Shown here piece by piece: positions 11,888 to 22,757 of a DNA stretch of 64,000 nucleotides. The number at the start of each line of letters is the position of its first letter. Position 1 is the first letter of the stretch. Source of the DNA: Minisyncoccota bacterium (GTDB taxonomy: Bacteria > Patescibacteriota > Minisyncoccia > JAHIHE01 > JAGLIN01); assembly GCA_041661265.1 (NCBI GenBank), contig JBAZUT010000005.1:27038-91037 (forward strand), written 5' to 3'. Below the pieces are notes generated by a model, which was given only the letters and a program-made list of their open reading frames with translations, had not been told where the DNA came from and ran no database searches. Made by a program: the position numbers and the translations under genes.

Positions 11888-11917
11888 ACAAAAAACGGGT
11901 CAAGCCCGTGTTTTTGT
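11888..11917. terminator. Bidirectional intrinsic terminator
   Basis: aaaaa-ACGGGT caa GCCCGT-gtttttg. Confidence 0.7.
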
Positions 11918-11928
11918 TTATCCTGATC

Positions 11929-12714
11929 CTAATTCTTGTCATCTGCAAAAAATTCATAATACGACAGGATCCACACCGAGCCCAAAATGATCCAGAAAAT
12001 AAGCTCTTCTATGGGAAATCGCAATCTTGAAATGCCCACCAAGCCCACAAATTTCCCCTCATTGAATTCCCATTGATTCGCGTACAGGCCTGACAATTCA
12101 AAAAACAGAAAAAGCGGTGAGAAGTAAGCAACTGTCGCAAAACACTTTTTCCGAAGCGCAGGAAAAAATGATAAGACAAGAACAAGCGGAATTAATGCGA
12201 CTATGATGCCGCCTTTTAAATAGAAAAATTCAATATGAAGCATCTCCGGATCGATCTTTAGGATCAAAAAAAAGACAGCCAGCAAAGAATTGAACAGCAA
12301 AACCATATATACGATACTCTTTGGCAATCCATCCCCCTCTTTGCCATGATCCAAAAAATATTCGTAAAATATGACTATAAGATATACAAAAAAGAATGCC
12401 CAAATAAAATCCTCATAAGGCACCACTCCGAAAAGCCTTGAATCGAAAACCGTAACCGGTACGAACCAGGATTTGTCCAGTACGGCCATATAATCCAAGA
12501 ATGTTGTCAGTGGTACAGTGAACAGCAATGAAAAAAGCGCGCTTTTTTTCACTAATCCCATTCTCCTGCAAGACAGATAGCAGGATGGCAATCCGAAAAA
12601 CAACAATGTCGAAATCAAAAAATTAGTTCGCAGTAAAACAGTAGTGAAAGATGCAAGTACTGCAAAAAAGGCCAAGATTGTCAGGTCGAAACTATGCTTC
12701 CCGCTCCTTGCCAT
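11929..12714 (-). CDS. Integral membrane protein with two lycopene-cyclase-like repeats
   Basis: Multi-TM; repeated W..F/LG..PxE(D/E) motifs (VPYEDFIWAF, FPIEELIFWI). Confidence 0.65.
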   Translation of the reverse strand: MARSGKHSFDLTILAFFAVLASFTTVLLRTNFLISTLLFFGLPSCYLSCRRMGLVKKSALFSLLFTVPLTTFLDYMAVLDKSWFVPVTVFDSRLFGVVPYEDFIWAFFFVYLIVIFYEYFLDHGKEGDGLPKSIVYMVLLFNSLLAVFFLILKIDPEMLHIEFFYLKGGIIVALIPLVLVLSFFPALRKKCFATVAYFSPLFLFFELSGLYANQWEFNEGKFVGLVGISRLRFPIEELIFWIILGSVWILSYYEFFADDKN

Positions 12715-12734
12715 AATAGTATGGATGCTAATTT

Positions 12735-14033
12735 TTATATTTTATCCGCTTTCAATGCATTTCTGGCGATAACTCTGTCATCCCAGGGTATTTTCTTGTC
12801 CCCGACCACCATGAACTGCTCGGCTCCTTTGCCGGTAATAATAACCATATCTCCCATGGCCGCCATTTTTATCGCTCTTTCGATCGCTTCCGATCTATCA
12901 TATATCCTGAACAGATCTTTGCCCGCCTTCTTATTCCTTATGCCGGACAGGACCTGATCCATTATCTTCTCGGGATCTTCACTGTACGGATCTTCGTTGG
13001 TAACGATCACAACGTCCGCATATTCATCGGCAAGCTTCCCAGCTTTTGCTCTATACGATGCATCCCTGTCGCCGGTCCCGCCAAGAACTGCAATAAGCCT
13101 GTTTCTGACGTATGGCTTAACTGCGGAATAAACGCTTTTCAGCGAATCCGGAGAATGAGCATAATCCACGATCACATCGAAGTTCTGTCCTTCCGCGATC
13201 TTTTCAAGGCGTCCGGGAACCTCTTTTACGGACTCAAGTCCGGATTTTATGTTATCGGGAGAGATCCCTTCTGCGAGCCCGGCGCAAAATGCCGCAAGAG
13301 AATTATATATATTGAACTCTCCGATAAGCGGAATATTGACCGATCTTTTATCTTCTCGATTGAATATGATTGTGAAGCCGGATCCGGTCTTTGAAAAAAC
13401 TATCTCGCTCGCCCGGACCAGATTCGCATCCGGTATTTCACTGTAACCCTTAAGGCTGAAGACATATCTGTTGGCTTTCGTATCAGACAAAAAGCTTCGG
13501 AGGTCCTCGTCGTCATAGTTTATGATAAGATTCTTCAAATCTTTCGTTATCAGCGCATCATGAGAATTCTTATAATTCTCATAGGTCCTGTGATAATCGA
13601 GGTGGTCGCTCATCATATTCGTAAGAACGACCGTCTGATATTTTATCCCATAGTGCCTATATTGCACCAGGCCGTGCGAGGAAACCTCTATGATCGCATA
13701 ATCGCATTTTTCCTTTGAAGCTTTCTTCAGGAAATTATGAAGATAGAAAGGAGATGGGGTTGTGAGTTTGACATTGTTCAGCCATTTTGTCTTTCCGATC
13801 TGGAAATTTGCCGTGGAAAGCATCGCCACTTTATATCCGCCCGCTTCCATCACTTTGGCTATCATGTTCGTGGTTGTTGTTTTTCCTTTTGTACCGGCAA
13901 TTGCAATAACCTTCATTCTCCGAGCCGGAAAACCGTTAAGAACCATCGCCGCGACCGACCGGCATTTATGAAAATGCAGGATCATCCCATAGGGCACTAA
14001 TTTTCTTAACACTTTTTTAACTCTATATAACAT
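12735..14033 (-). CDS. murE: UDP-N-acetylmuramoyl-tripeptide synthetase
   Basis: GTKGKTTT, EVSSH, DHLDYH, DYAHSPD, GKGAE. Confidence 0.92.
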   Translation of the reverse strand: MLYRVKKVLRKLVPYGMILHFHKCRSVAAMVLNGFPARRMKVIAIAGTKGKTTTTNMIAKVMEAGGYKVAMLSTANFQIGKTKWLNNVKLTTPSPFYLHNFLKKASKEKCDYAIIEVSSHGLVQYRHYGIKYQTVVLTNMMSDHLDYHRTYENYKNSHDALITKDLKNLIINYDDEDLRSFLSDTKANRYVFSLKGYSEIPDANLVRASEIVFSKTGSGFTIIFNREDKRSVNIPLIGEFNIYNSLAAFCAGLAEGISPDNIKSGLESVKEVPGRLEKIAEGQNFDVIVDYAHSPDSLKSVYSAVKPYVRNRLIAVLGGTGDRDASYRAKAGKLADEYADVVIVTNEDPYSEDPEKIMDQVLSGIRNKKAGKDLFRIYDRSEAIERAIKMAAMGDMVIITGKGAEQFMVVGDKKIPWDDRVIARNALKADKI

Positions 14034-16744
14034 TATTTTTTCTCCTTTATTATAAATAAATACTTGACACTCTCCACTACGAACATTACGGAAATTATGG
14101 CAAAGAATATCAGCGACCAGTCATTCATGTCCAGCGGAACCGTTTTGAGGATCCTCTGGAAATATTCATTATAGATCGCAACGAGCTGGAGAGAAAATCC
14201 TACGACCGTCGCCAGAACAAGATATATATTCGAAAAGATATCTTTCTGAAATATCGTACGCCTTAATGATCGGATCGAGAAAGCATAAAAAAGAGAACCG
14301 ACCGCAAGGATAGTAAAAGCGATCGTGCTTGCTTTCTGGAAATTACCCGTTGCTCCGATCACGTAGTAGAACAAGCCCAGAGCGATTAGGCCTTTTGTCA
14401 TGCTAACAATGACTATCAGTACCTTCATTTCAAAATTCAAAAGCGGTTCGTTCTTTTTTCTTGGCGGTTCGTTCATTATCTCTTTTTCCCCCGGTTCAAC
14501 AGAAAGAGCGGCATTGGAAAAACTGTCGGTAATAAGATTTATCCAAAGGATCTGTGCCGCCGCAAGAGGCAAGGTGTGGCTGTCCAACTTATAAGCAATG
14601 CTGATCAGCAGGCTTCCTCCGATAACGACAACCTCGCTGAAACTGTCAGAGACAAGATAAAGAGTCACTTTTCTCAGATTGTCGAAGATTAGCCTTCCCT
14701 GTTCGATCGCGGTTATGATCGTCTTGAAATTATTATCTAAAAGAACGATATCAGCCGTTTCCTTTGCAACTTCCGTTCCGCTTCCGAGGGCTATTCCGAT
14801 GTCAGCCGACTTCAGAGCCGGAGCGTCATTAACACCATCACCGGTCATCGCAACCACTTCTCCTTTATTCTGAAGCGCATCCACGATCCTCGATTTGTGA
14901 TGAGGAGAAACCCTCGCATAGACCTTGATCTTGCTCACAATATTATTGAAGTCTTTCGTGCTCATCTCATCAAGCTCATAGCCGTCCAGGATATTATTGT
15001 CTTCAACCTTCATTCCCAGCTCCAAGGCGATCGTCTTTGCCGTAGCGCGGTTGTCGCCGGTTATCATCACAACCTTCAATCCGGCCGCCCTGGCCATTTC
15101 TATCGTTTTTCTGGCTTCCGGCCTGATCGGATCCTTGATCGCAATAAGTCCGACAAACGTAAGATTATTTACGATCTCTTCCTCATTTTTTTCATCGAAT
15201 TTTTCCGCAATTTCCGCTTCTGCGCGCTTGAATGCGACCGCAATGACCCTAAGACCCTTCTTGCTCAATTCGTTCTGATTTCTCTTGAAAAATCTGAGAT
15301 CCTCCTCAGAGATCTTCCTGGTCTTGCCTTCCACTAAAACATGTTTTGATCTCGCTATTATCTCCTCGGGAGTTCCCTTTACATACACCTCATAATTATT
15401 TTCGCCGCTCCTGTTTAATGTTGCCATCAGCTTCCTTTCCGAGTTGAAAGGTATTTCATCTATTCTCCTGTATACATCTTTGATCTCCTGAAAGTCATAA
15501 CCGACGACCAATCCGGAAAAAAGAAGGGCTTTTTCGGTATAATCGCCATGTATCTTCCAGTTTTCCAGCTCTTCGTTCTGATTTTCGACAATGGCATTGT
15601 TGCATATCATTCCGATCTTGATCGCTATCATATGATCCAGATTGTGCTTTTCCTCTTCAACTATTCTCTCTGTGGTATTTTTCGCCTTCGCCATTAAGAA
15701 TACCGAACTCAATGTTATGACATGATCAACCTCCATCTCTCCCTTGGTTATCGTTCCGGTCTTGTCGGTGCAGATCACGGTCGTGCTCCCAAGCGTTTCG
15801 GCGGCGATCAGTTTTCGCACCAAAGATCCGTTTTTCAATATCCTCTGCATTCCTATCGCAAGAACTACGGTAAGCGCGACCAACAACCCTTCCGGAATGG
15901 CAGCTACGGCAACTGCAACCGAAACAGTGAATATCTCCACAAACTTAATGCCAGCCATAAGACCTATGACCAGAATAACGACTATGATGGCAAAGGTCAT
16001 TATTCCGAACGATTTGCTGAATTTGGCCAGCTGTACCTGAAGAGGAGTATCTTCCTCCTTGGTTTCCTTCAGAAGAACTGCTATTTGGCCAAATTTCGTA
16101 CCGATGCCGGTCAAACTCACAATCATTTGACCCCTCCCGCTTGCAACAGATGTTCCCATGTAGACCATATTGTCTTTATTTTCAAGATTTCCCTTCCGGT
16201 CTTTTATATCGACGACTTTTCCCACAGGAATGGATTCTCCCGTCAAACTGGATTCGTCCACCTCAAGCTCATGAACCTCTATCAACCTTCCATCCGCCGG
16301 GATCCTATCTCCCCCCCTTAGCACAACAACATCGCCCGGAACAATATCCATGGAATTGATATCCATCTCTATATCGTTTCTTATAACATGCGACCGATGT
16401 TCAACCATCTCTTTCAATCTCGCCAGTCCGTTCTCCGCCTTCGCTTCCTGGATGAATCCCACGATCGTATTGAGAAAAACGGCAAAAAGTATGACCACGG
16501 CGTCATTCAACTCATTCAGAAAAAATGAAATGATGGCGGCGATGAATAATATATAGACCAAAGGGCTCTTGAATTGATTTATGGCAATACTGAAATATGT
16601 GAACCTTTTTTTGTCGGGAAGCTTGTTGTTTCCATACTTTTTAAGCCTTTTTTGCACCTCTTCCCCGCTAAGTCCGGTTCGGGACGTTTTTAGGGCATCA
16701 AGAACTTCTTTTATGCTAAGATCGAAAAGATTTTCTGTTCTCAT
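14033..16744 (-). CDS. Cation-transporting P-type ATPase (P2, Ca2+-like)
   Basis: TGES, PEGL, DKTGT, GDGVNDAP, QILWINL. Confidence 0.95.
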   Translation of the reverse strand: MRTENLFDLSIKEVLDALKTSRTGLSGEEVQKRLKKYGNNKLPDKKRFTYFSIAINQFKSPLVYILFIAAIISFFLNELNDAVVILFAVFLNTIVGFIQEAKAENGLARLKEMVEHRSHVIRNDIEMDINSMDIVPGDVVVLRGGDRIPADGRLIEVHELEVDESSLTGESIPVGKVVDIKDRKGNLENKDNMVYMGTSVASGRGQMIVSLTGIGTKFGQIAVLLKETKEEDTPLQVQLAKFSKSFGIMTFAIIVVILVIGLMAGIKFVEIFTVSVAVAVAAIPEGLLVALTVVLAIGMQRILKNGSLVRKLIAAETLGSTTVICTDKTGTITKGEMEVDHVITLSSVFLMAKAKNTTERIVEEEKHNLDHMIAIKIGMICNNAIVENQNEELENWKIHGDYTEKALLFSGLVVGYDFQEIKDVYRRIDEIPFNSERKLMATLNRSGENNYEVYVKGTPEEIIARSKHVLVEGKTRKISEEDLRFFKRNQNELSKKGLRVIAVAFKRAEAEIAEKFDEKNEEEIVNNLTFVGLIAIKDPIRPEARKTIEMARAAGLKVVMITGDNRATAKTIALELGMKVEDNNILDGYELDEMSTKDFNNIVSKIKVYARVSPHHKSRIVDALQNKGEVVAMTGDGVNDAPALKSADIGIALGSGTEVAKETADIVLLDNNFKTIITAIEQGRLIFDNLRKVTLYLVSDSFSEVVVIGGSLLISIAYKLDSHTLPLAAAQILWINLITDSFSNAALSVEPGEKEIMNEPPRKKNEPLLNFEMKVLIVIVSMTKGLIALGLFYYVIGATGNFQKASTIAFTILAVGSLFYAFSIRSLRRTIFQKDIFSNIYLVLATVVGFSLQLVAIYNEYFQRILKTVPLDMNDWSLIFFAIISVMFVVESVKYLFIIKEKK

Positions 16745-16917
16745 TTTTATATTGAATATTTATGGCTTTATACTATTAAAATAGCATAATTCCGGCTTTC
16801 GGGCAAAAGCGAACGCCGCAAACAAAGCTCAGAGGTATAGTATTATTTGTATAATATCCGCGAGTATACTAAAATTAGTGTAACAGGATATTATGCCGAA
16901 TAATCAGACAACCAGCC

Positions 16918-17709
16918 ATGATAATAAACAATAAATACGCATACTTTTTCGATGACATAAAGAAATGCGCGAGAATTTCCATCGAACTTTCCGCAAATGA
17001 CCGAAGATATATTCCCGGGATAAAATATCTTGAAGATCATTTCCTGTTTGACCTTCCGATTTACCGGAATTTCCGGATATCAAGGTTCCTGGCGGATAAT
17101 ATCCCGGAAAACTCAAAAGTGCTTGACTGGGGATGCGGGTATGGGGATGCAAGTTTCATGCTGAGATCGCTCAGGCCGGATCTTGATATAATTTCCTACG
17201 ACGTGCTATCTTCGCCGCCATGGGAAACCTTGGCTGGAAAAGAAAACCTCAACAAGATCGTTGACAACAATGAAGACAGGTTACCCTTTGAAGCGGGATG
17301 TTTTGATGCAATCTTCGGGATCGGCGTACTTGAACATGTCAAAGACCAGGAGAACTCCCTGAAAGAAATATATCGCATCCTGAAGCCGGGAGGCCTGTTC
17401 TATATATTTCTCTACCCCAACAGGTTTTCATATACGGAAAGATTCCAAAAAACCATCGGACATCCATGCCACGACAAGCCCCTCAGCATGGAAGAGCTGG
17501 AAAAAAGAGTGACGGATCCGGGATTTACCGTAGAAGCAAAAGGATATCAATTAACCCTTCCGATCATACTCAGCAGATTTCCCTTTTTCGTCAGATATCT
17601 TTATAATTTATTCGGAAATGCAATAATGGCCATGAATGACATATTTGAAAAAATACCCGTGCTGAACAAACTGAGCAGCAATCTGATGGTCATTTGCCGA
17701 AAAAAATAA
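16918..17709 (+). CDS. Class I SAM-dependent methyltransferase
   Basis: VLDWGCGYG, LPF...FD, VLEHV..ILKPGG. Confidence 0.9.
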   Translation: MIINNKYAYFFDDIKKCARISIELSANDRRYIPGIKYLEDHFLFDLPIYRNFRISRFLADNIPENSKVLDWGCGYGDASFMLRSLRPDLDIISYDVLSSPPWETLAGKENLNKIVDNNEDRLPFEAGCFDAIFGIGVLEHVKDQENSLKEIYRILKPGGLFYIFLYPNRFSYTERFQKTIGHPCHDKPLSMEELEKRVTDPGFTVEAKGYQLTLPIILSRFPFFVRYLYNLFGNAIMAMNDIFEKIPVLNKLSSNLMVICRKK

Positions 17710-17751
17710 GCATTGATATCGGCAAAAAAAATAAAGAGGGTTTTCCTCTTT

Positions 17752-18372
17752 TTATGTTGCTTTTTCCTGACTCAGGTCATATTTATATCTTGCTCTCGCT
17801 ATCACCAGGGTTATTGCCAGCATCGTGGCAAATATCACCAGCCACTCGGCAATCATCCCTGCAAATAATGCCAATATGAGCGATAACGTTGTCATTATGA
17901 CAAAGTCTATGGGCATCGGCGTATGCGGGATGTACCATGTTTTCCCGACTTGGGGATATTTTTTCTTGAAATCCTTGACACCGAACCTTGGATCGGGGTT
18001 TATGACATTCCATAAAAAATCTTCATGGAGCACGATGGCCAGCAGCAAGCTCAACGAGATCAGTATTGTTTTCGAAAACAAGCTGATCAAATTCATGCCG
18101 CCCAAGTTTTTCAGATAATTAACGATAGGTTCTATGCCTATTACCAGCGAAACGATCACGAGCGGAAACAACAGTACGAGCAATCCCAGTGCTCCAAGCG
18201 ATACATGGTAGCCGGTTATAGGCTTCGAAAACCAGCTCACGTCTTTTTTCCAGGAATAGGGCAATCCGCTTGCCCATGAATTGGGGCCCTCGATCTGGAT
18301 CTCGAAGTATGCCCACGCGATCGAAATTGCTTCAAGAAGCATTCCGATGAACATTAACCATATTTCCATCAT
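17752..18372 (-). CDS. Hypothetical membrane protein
   Basis: Several TMs, EIQIEG..WASGLP; SD GGAGGTG and TTGACA-17-TAATAT upstream. Confidence 0.75.
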   Translation of the reverse strand: MMEIWLMFIGMLLEAISIAWAYFEIQIEGPNSWASGLPYSWKKDVSWFSKPITGYHVSLGALGLLVLLFPLVIVSLVIGIEPIVNYLKNLGGMNLISLFSKTILISLSLLLAIVLHEDFLWNVINPDPRFGVKDFKKKYPQVGKTWYIPHTPMPIDFVIMTTLSLILALFAGMIAEWLVIFATMLAITLVIARARYKYDLSQEKAT

Positions 18373-18510
18373 AATCAAACACCTCCAAATGCCTGACGAT
18401 ACATATTACAGCGGAATGGCGCATTTGTCAATAGCATTTAGCTGAAATCAGGCTTATTTTAAACAAAAAAGGGCGGTTTAAAGACCGTCCTTTCCATGCA
18501 AACAGAGAAA

Positions 18511-19302
18511 TTAATTCTCAATTTTCTTCTCGGCTTTCTCGACTATATACGAGAAAAACTGAGCGGGATTCTTTTCATCCACTTCCTTGCCATCCTCTCT
18601 GAATTCCTTCTTATCAACTATCTTTAATCCTTTTTTTTCGAAAAGATCTCTCCATTCTTCGCCGCTATGCACATTATATTCCGAAACATTCACATTCCTC
18701 AGTATATTTTTTGCCCTGGCAAAAATTCCCTCTTCGGTCATGCCCTGTGGCGGTTCATCTACAATTATTATTTTGCCGTCATCTTTAATTATCCTGATCA
18801 TCTCATCCAGCATTTTCTCCTGATCCTCATGACTCAGCTCCTGAAAAGTGAAAAAAGATGTTGCAACATCAACTGACTTTTCTTTAATGGGCAATTCTTG
18901 TCCGCTTCCAAAAACTGTATTTATTTTTTTTCCTTCCCCTGATCCAGAAATTGCTCCCGAAGCATAGTCCTTAAGGTCTATTCCAACCGTACTTACGTTT
19001 TTGCCGGGATTATTTTTTATTATTTCTTTTTCAATATGTTGCGTCCCGCCTCCGATGTCCGCAATTCTGATCTTTTCTTCAGCGTCATATCCTTCGATCA
19101 CTTCATTTACTCCGGATTCTTTTACCATATTCTCCGCCCTTTTTTCGAGCCAATCCTGAACCGGCGCGGCCTCCTGGATACTGTGCTTAATTTTGTCCAT
19201 AAAAGACCTCGGATCCGGATGTTTTTTCTTCGCCAAATTGAACTTTTCCTCGCTTGTCAGTTCAGTCTCCCGGTCCTGCGCAATCTCAAACGAATTTTTC
19301 AT
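18511..19302 (-). CDS. Class I SAM-dependent methyltransferase
   Basis: ADIGGGT, ELPIKEKSVD, RIIKDDGKIIIVD. Confidence 0.8.
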   Translation of the reverse strand: MKNSFEIAQDRETELTSEEKFNLAKKKHPDPRSFMDKIKHSIQEAAPVQDWLEKRAENMVKESGVNEVIEGYDAEEKIRIADIGGGTQHIEKEIIKNNPGKNVSTVGIDLKDYASGAISGSGEGKKINTVFGSGQELPIKEKSVDVATSFFTFQELSHEDQEKMLDEMIRIIKDDGKIIIVDEPPQGMTEEGIFARAKNILRNVNVSEYNVHSGEEWRDLFEKKGLKIVDKKEFREDGKEVDEKNPAQFFSYIVEKAEKKIEN

Positions 19303-19319
19303 GTTTTTGTCGCTAATGT

Positions 19320-20051
19320 TTACTTTTTTTCTTTATCGTAGATATCGAATTCATATTTGAACTTATTCTTTCTGTCCTTTCCAAGAAGCACCCAGTGCAA
19401 ACCTGTTCCGAGACTCTGGATCGCAACCTTCAAATGTCCTTCTTTTTCCAGACGGCGGGTTGAAACATCTATCTTAACGCTTTTTATCACCCTGAATTTA
19501 ACCTTGAAAAGTTTATATTGAACAGCCCTTTGCACATAATCAGAATCCTCTCCCAGAGTTATTCTCTCGTCAAATCCCTTGATCTTTCTATGAAGGTCTT
19601 TCTTTATGAATATACACCACCCCCCGCCAAAAGGCGTCAGGGAAAATTGGAAAAGATTTGTCAGTTTGTTCCAAAAATCAAAATATAGTTTATCAAGTTT
19701 GACTCCCTGAAGGGCCATAAGAGGAACCCCGATGTCTATTTTTCTTTTTTTAAATTCTTCCAAGGCCTTTTCCAAAAAATCAGCGCTCTTAAGCTCAGTA
19801 TCGGAATCCAAAAAAAGAAGCACTGTTCCGGTTGCGACTTTTGCGCCCATATTCCTTGCCCTTCCGGGAAGCCCCCCCTTGACCACCTTGCATCCAAAAC
19901 TGCCTGCTATTTCCTTGGTTCTGTCCTTTGAGCCATTATCCGAAACAATAATCTCATAATCCCTGAAAGTTTGTTTTTTTATGCTTTCGAGAAGCCTTGG
20001 AAGAAATTTCTCTTCATTCTTCGTAGGAATAACGATTGATAAAGTTGGCAT
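19320..20051 (-). CDS. Glycosyltransferase family 2
   Basis: SIVIPTKNEE, DNGSKD, FLDSD, GED. Confidence 0.92.
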   Translation of the reverse strand: MPTLSIVIPTKNEEKFLPRLLESIKKQTFRDYEIIVSDNGSKDRTKEIAGSFGCKVVKGGLPGRARNMGAKVATGTVLLFLDSDTELKSADFLEKALEEFKKRKIDIGVPLMALQGVKLDKLYFDFWNKLTNLFQFSLTPFGGGWCIFIKKDLHRKIKGFDERITLGEDSDYVQRAVQYKLFKVKFRVIKSVKIDVSTRRLEKEGHLKVAIQSLGTGLHWVLLGKDRKNKFKYEFDIYDKEKK

Positions 20052-20067
20052 ATTTCTATATTAATTA

Positions 20068-21219
20068 TTATTTCTTGATGAGACTATCATATAACTTTAC
20101 GATCTTTTCGGTCCACAATTCTATAGTAAACTTCTTGGAATTGATCTTGGCTTGATCCGATAGCCTCTTCCTCAGATCTCTGTCATTTATGACTTTTATC
20201 ACAGAAGATGAAAATTCATCGACATTATTATCGGTTAATATCCCGTCTTCTCCACTTATGATCATATCCTCGATCCCGCTTGCTCTGACCGCAACGGCAG
20301 GAATTCCGGCAGACATCGCCTCAACCGCGACAAGCCCTTGCGTCTCGGTCAGCGACGCAAAAACGAATATATCGCTTGCCTGATAAAGGCTGATGATCTC
20401 CTCCTTATTCACCAGTCCCGTAAAAACCACATCATTTTCTATTCCAAAATCCTTCACCATCGCCTCCAGATCCTTTTTCACCGCTCCGTCCCCGACTATG
20501 ATGAATTTCGCATTCACACAGGTCTTCTTTATCTTATTGAAAGCCTCGACAAGGAATTTCACATTCTTTTCCTCGGTGATCCTGCATGCGGTTATAAGGG
20601 CGACGTCATTCGGGCTGATCTTATATTTGGCGCGGAGCTCTTCCCTTCTGCCGGTTCCTTTTGCAAACTCGTCGATATTTATCCCGCTCGGAATGATCTC
20701 TATTCTGGAGGATACGCCACCGTCAAGCAGTAACTTTTTTATGGCGCCGGACGGAGCTATGACCGCATCGCTCTTATTGCTATAACCGGTCGTGATCTTT
20801 CTTATCAAGCCTTTTGCGATAGAACTTGGGAGAAGCGGAATATAATGGGAATAATCCTCATATTTGATATGATAAGTAAAAACAAGCGGTATCTTGAGCA
20901 TCCTTGCATATTTCATCGCCTCATCCCCGAGAGAATAAGGCTGATGGGAATGGATTATATCCAGATTCAGTTTTTTTACTGTTTCTTCCATGTGAGACAT
21001 GAAAGGCAGCGGAATAACATAATAATACCCGCCGTAATTGAAACGAAAACTTTCATATCTGAATATGTTCTTTTCCTTGTCGGTATAGCCGGGATATTTC
21101 GGAGCAAAGACAAACGGTTCGTGGCCGGCCCGAACAAGACCCTTGCAGAGATTTATTACGGACGTTTCCATACCGCCCTTGGAAGGTATGTAATAGTTGA
21201 TGAACATTCCTACTTTCAT
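20068..21219 (-). CDS. Glycosyltransferase family 4
   Basis: ETQGLVAVEAM motif, GT-B features. Confidence 0.93.
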   Translation of the reverse strand: MKVGMFINYYIPSKGGMETSVINLCKGLVRAGHEPFVFAPKYPGYTDKEKNIFRYESFRFNYGGYYYVIPLPFMSHMEETVKKLNLDIIHSHQPYSLGDEAMKYARMLKIPLVFTYHIKYEDYSHYIPLLPSSIAKGLIRKITTGYSNKSDAVIAPSGAIKKLLLDGGVSSRIEIIPSGINIDEFAKGTGRREELRAKYKISPNDVALITACRITEEKNVKFLVEAFNKIKKTCVNAKFIIVGDGAVKKDLEAMVKDFGIENDVVFTGLVNKEEIISLYQASDIFVFASLTETQGLVAVEAMSAGIPAVAVRASGIEDMIISGEDGILTDNNVDEFSSSVIKVINDRDLRKRLSDQAKINSKKFTIELWTEKIVKLYDSLIKK

Positions 21220-21228
21220 GCGTTTTAA

Positions 21229-21705
21229 TTAGTGTTTAATTTTATTTTTTATTTTCACAAACCCATTAGCCCAACTTTGAATATGTTCGATTAGCTTGTA
21301 CCAAAAAGACGGCATATATACCATACTTGCGAAGACGATCGTGATGATGATCATTGCGTCATAGCTCAGCCTGGACCAATAATCGTCCTCCAGTTTCAGC
21401 CACATTCCGAATTCATCAAAGGTCAAAGCAAGACCGACTCCATACAAAGCGCCTATCCTCAGCCTGTTCTTCGTATTAAGAAAGAAAAGGGCGAGGAGAC
21501 CTGCGATCGCAAGAATAAATATCCCATAATTCAGATGATGGATGTGATATCCCCTGATATACAAATTCGGATCTTCAATAATTCCCATGCGCCCCAATCT
21601 TACATAAGTCCTAACGAAAATAAAAGTAAATAAAAAAGAAGTAAGAATAGCAAAGCTCATCCTCCTCTTGTGTTTAGATATAAGTCTATAATAGAAACCG
21701 CCCAC
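21229..21705 (-). CDS. Conserved-type membrane protein
   Basis: HIHHLNYGI and GLALTFDEFGMW motifs with TMs. Confidence 0.75.
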   Translation of the reverse strand: MGGFYYRLISKHKRRMSFAILTSFLFTFIFVRTYVRLGRMGIIEDPNLYIRGYHIHHLNYGIFILAIAGLLALFFLNTKNRLRIGALYGVGLALTFDEFGMWLKLEDDYWSRLSYDAMIIITIVFASMVYMPSFWYKLIEHIQSWANGFVKIKNKIKH

Positions 21706-21742
21706 CGTTTACATGATAATGATTAATATTGCCAGAGCCTGT

Positions 21743-22666
21743 TTAATAAAATCTTATCTCGATCTGCGATAGTTTCAGATTCAAATATATATCCACTTTC
21801 TTTTCGGATTCGCCATAATTCATGCTTGTGTATTCTTTAAATCCCTGAGTAAGCCCAAGCTCGGCAAAATTATCCACTATGAACATTTTCTCGAGTTTCA
21901 ATTTTACGCCGACTTTTTTCGGTATCTCAAGGGTTACGTACGAACTGTTCGCATTAATGCTCATCCTGCCCGACTTTGGCGCAACTATTATTCTGCTTGA
22001 ACTGAAATTGGATTCAAGATTAAAATCTGCAACCGATAGTTTTGAAAGATCTATCTCGTTTATAGTGGTATAGGTTTTCAGATTCAGCTTGATAGGGGCT
22101 TCCTTATTCAATCTGAAATCCCAATTATGATCGCCATCCCACGGACTATAAATATAATTGCTGACACTGCTGTCGGCTATCTGATAAAGATCTTCTTTTT
22201 CGAAGGTCTTGGATACCAAATTCGGCTCCTCTCCTTGCGGCATAGACATATCAACGCTGAACAATTCAGCTCCTCCATCGCTTATTTGAAGTTTTCCGGA
22301 ATAGAAATCAAGGCTCAGATCTGCTGTTTTTTCCGGCGATAAATTATCACGGCTGATCTTCTGTTTTTCAATTATTCTGGGCTGAAAGATGTTCCCATCC
22401 TGCGCAACATTTATCAGACCGAAAGTAACCCCCATCACGACAAGCGGCGCCAAGACTCGCAAAAAAGAAAGACGGGTTCTCCTTAAAATAAGGTCAATTC
22501 CGACAATAATAAAAAGCAGCGGCCAAAGCCTCAATAATTGAAAAACCATATTCCATTTTACAAAACCCAACGACATCCACAAGAAAATAAAACCCAAAAA
22601 CAGGATATATAATCCGTTGGATACCCTGTCTACATTAAACTTTATATCCATAGATATATCTGACAT
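21743..22666 (-). CDS. LiaI/LiaF-like (DUF5668-type) membrane protein
   Basis: N-terminal TMs with LWPLLFIIVG, beta-rich C-domain. Confidence 0.65.
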   Translation of the reverse strand: MSDISMDIKFNVDRVSNGLYILFLGFIFLWMSLGFVKWNMVFQLLRLWPLLFIIVGIDLILRRTRLSFLRVLAPLVVMGVTFGLINVAQDGNIFQPRIIEKQKISRDNLSPEKTADLSLDFYSGKLQISDGGAELFSVDMSMPQGEEPNLVSKTFEKEDLYQIADSSVSNYIYSPWDGDHNWDFRLNKEAPIKLNLKTYTTINEIDLSKLSVADFNLESNFSSSRIIVAPKSGRMSINANSSYVTLEIPKKVGVKLKLEKMFIVDNFAELGLTQGFKEYTSMNYGESEKKVDIYLNLKLSQIEIRFY

Positions 22667-22757
22667 TTAATATAACTATTATAGCACAGATTCGCCGATA
22701 CAACAAAACAAGAATGAGTGGTTACATTCTTGTTCCGGCCCGATTCCGATATTCGAT

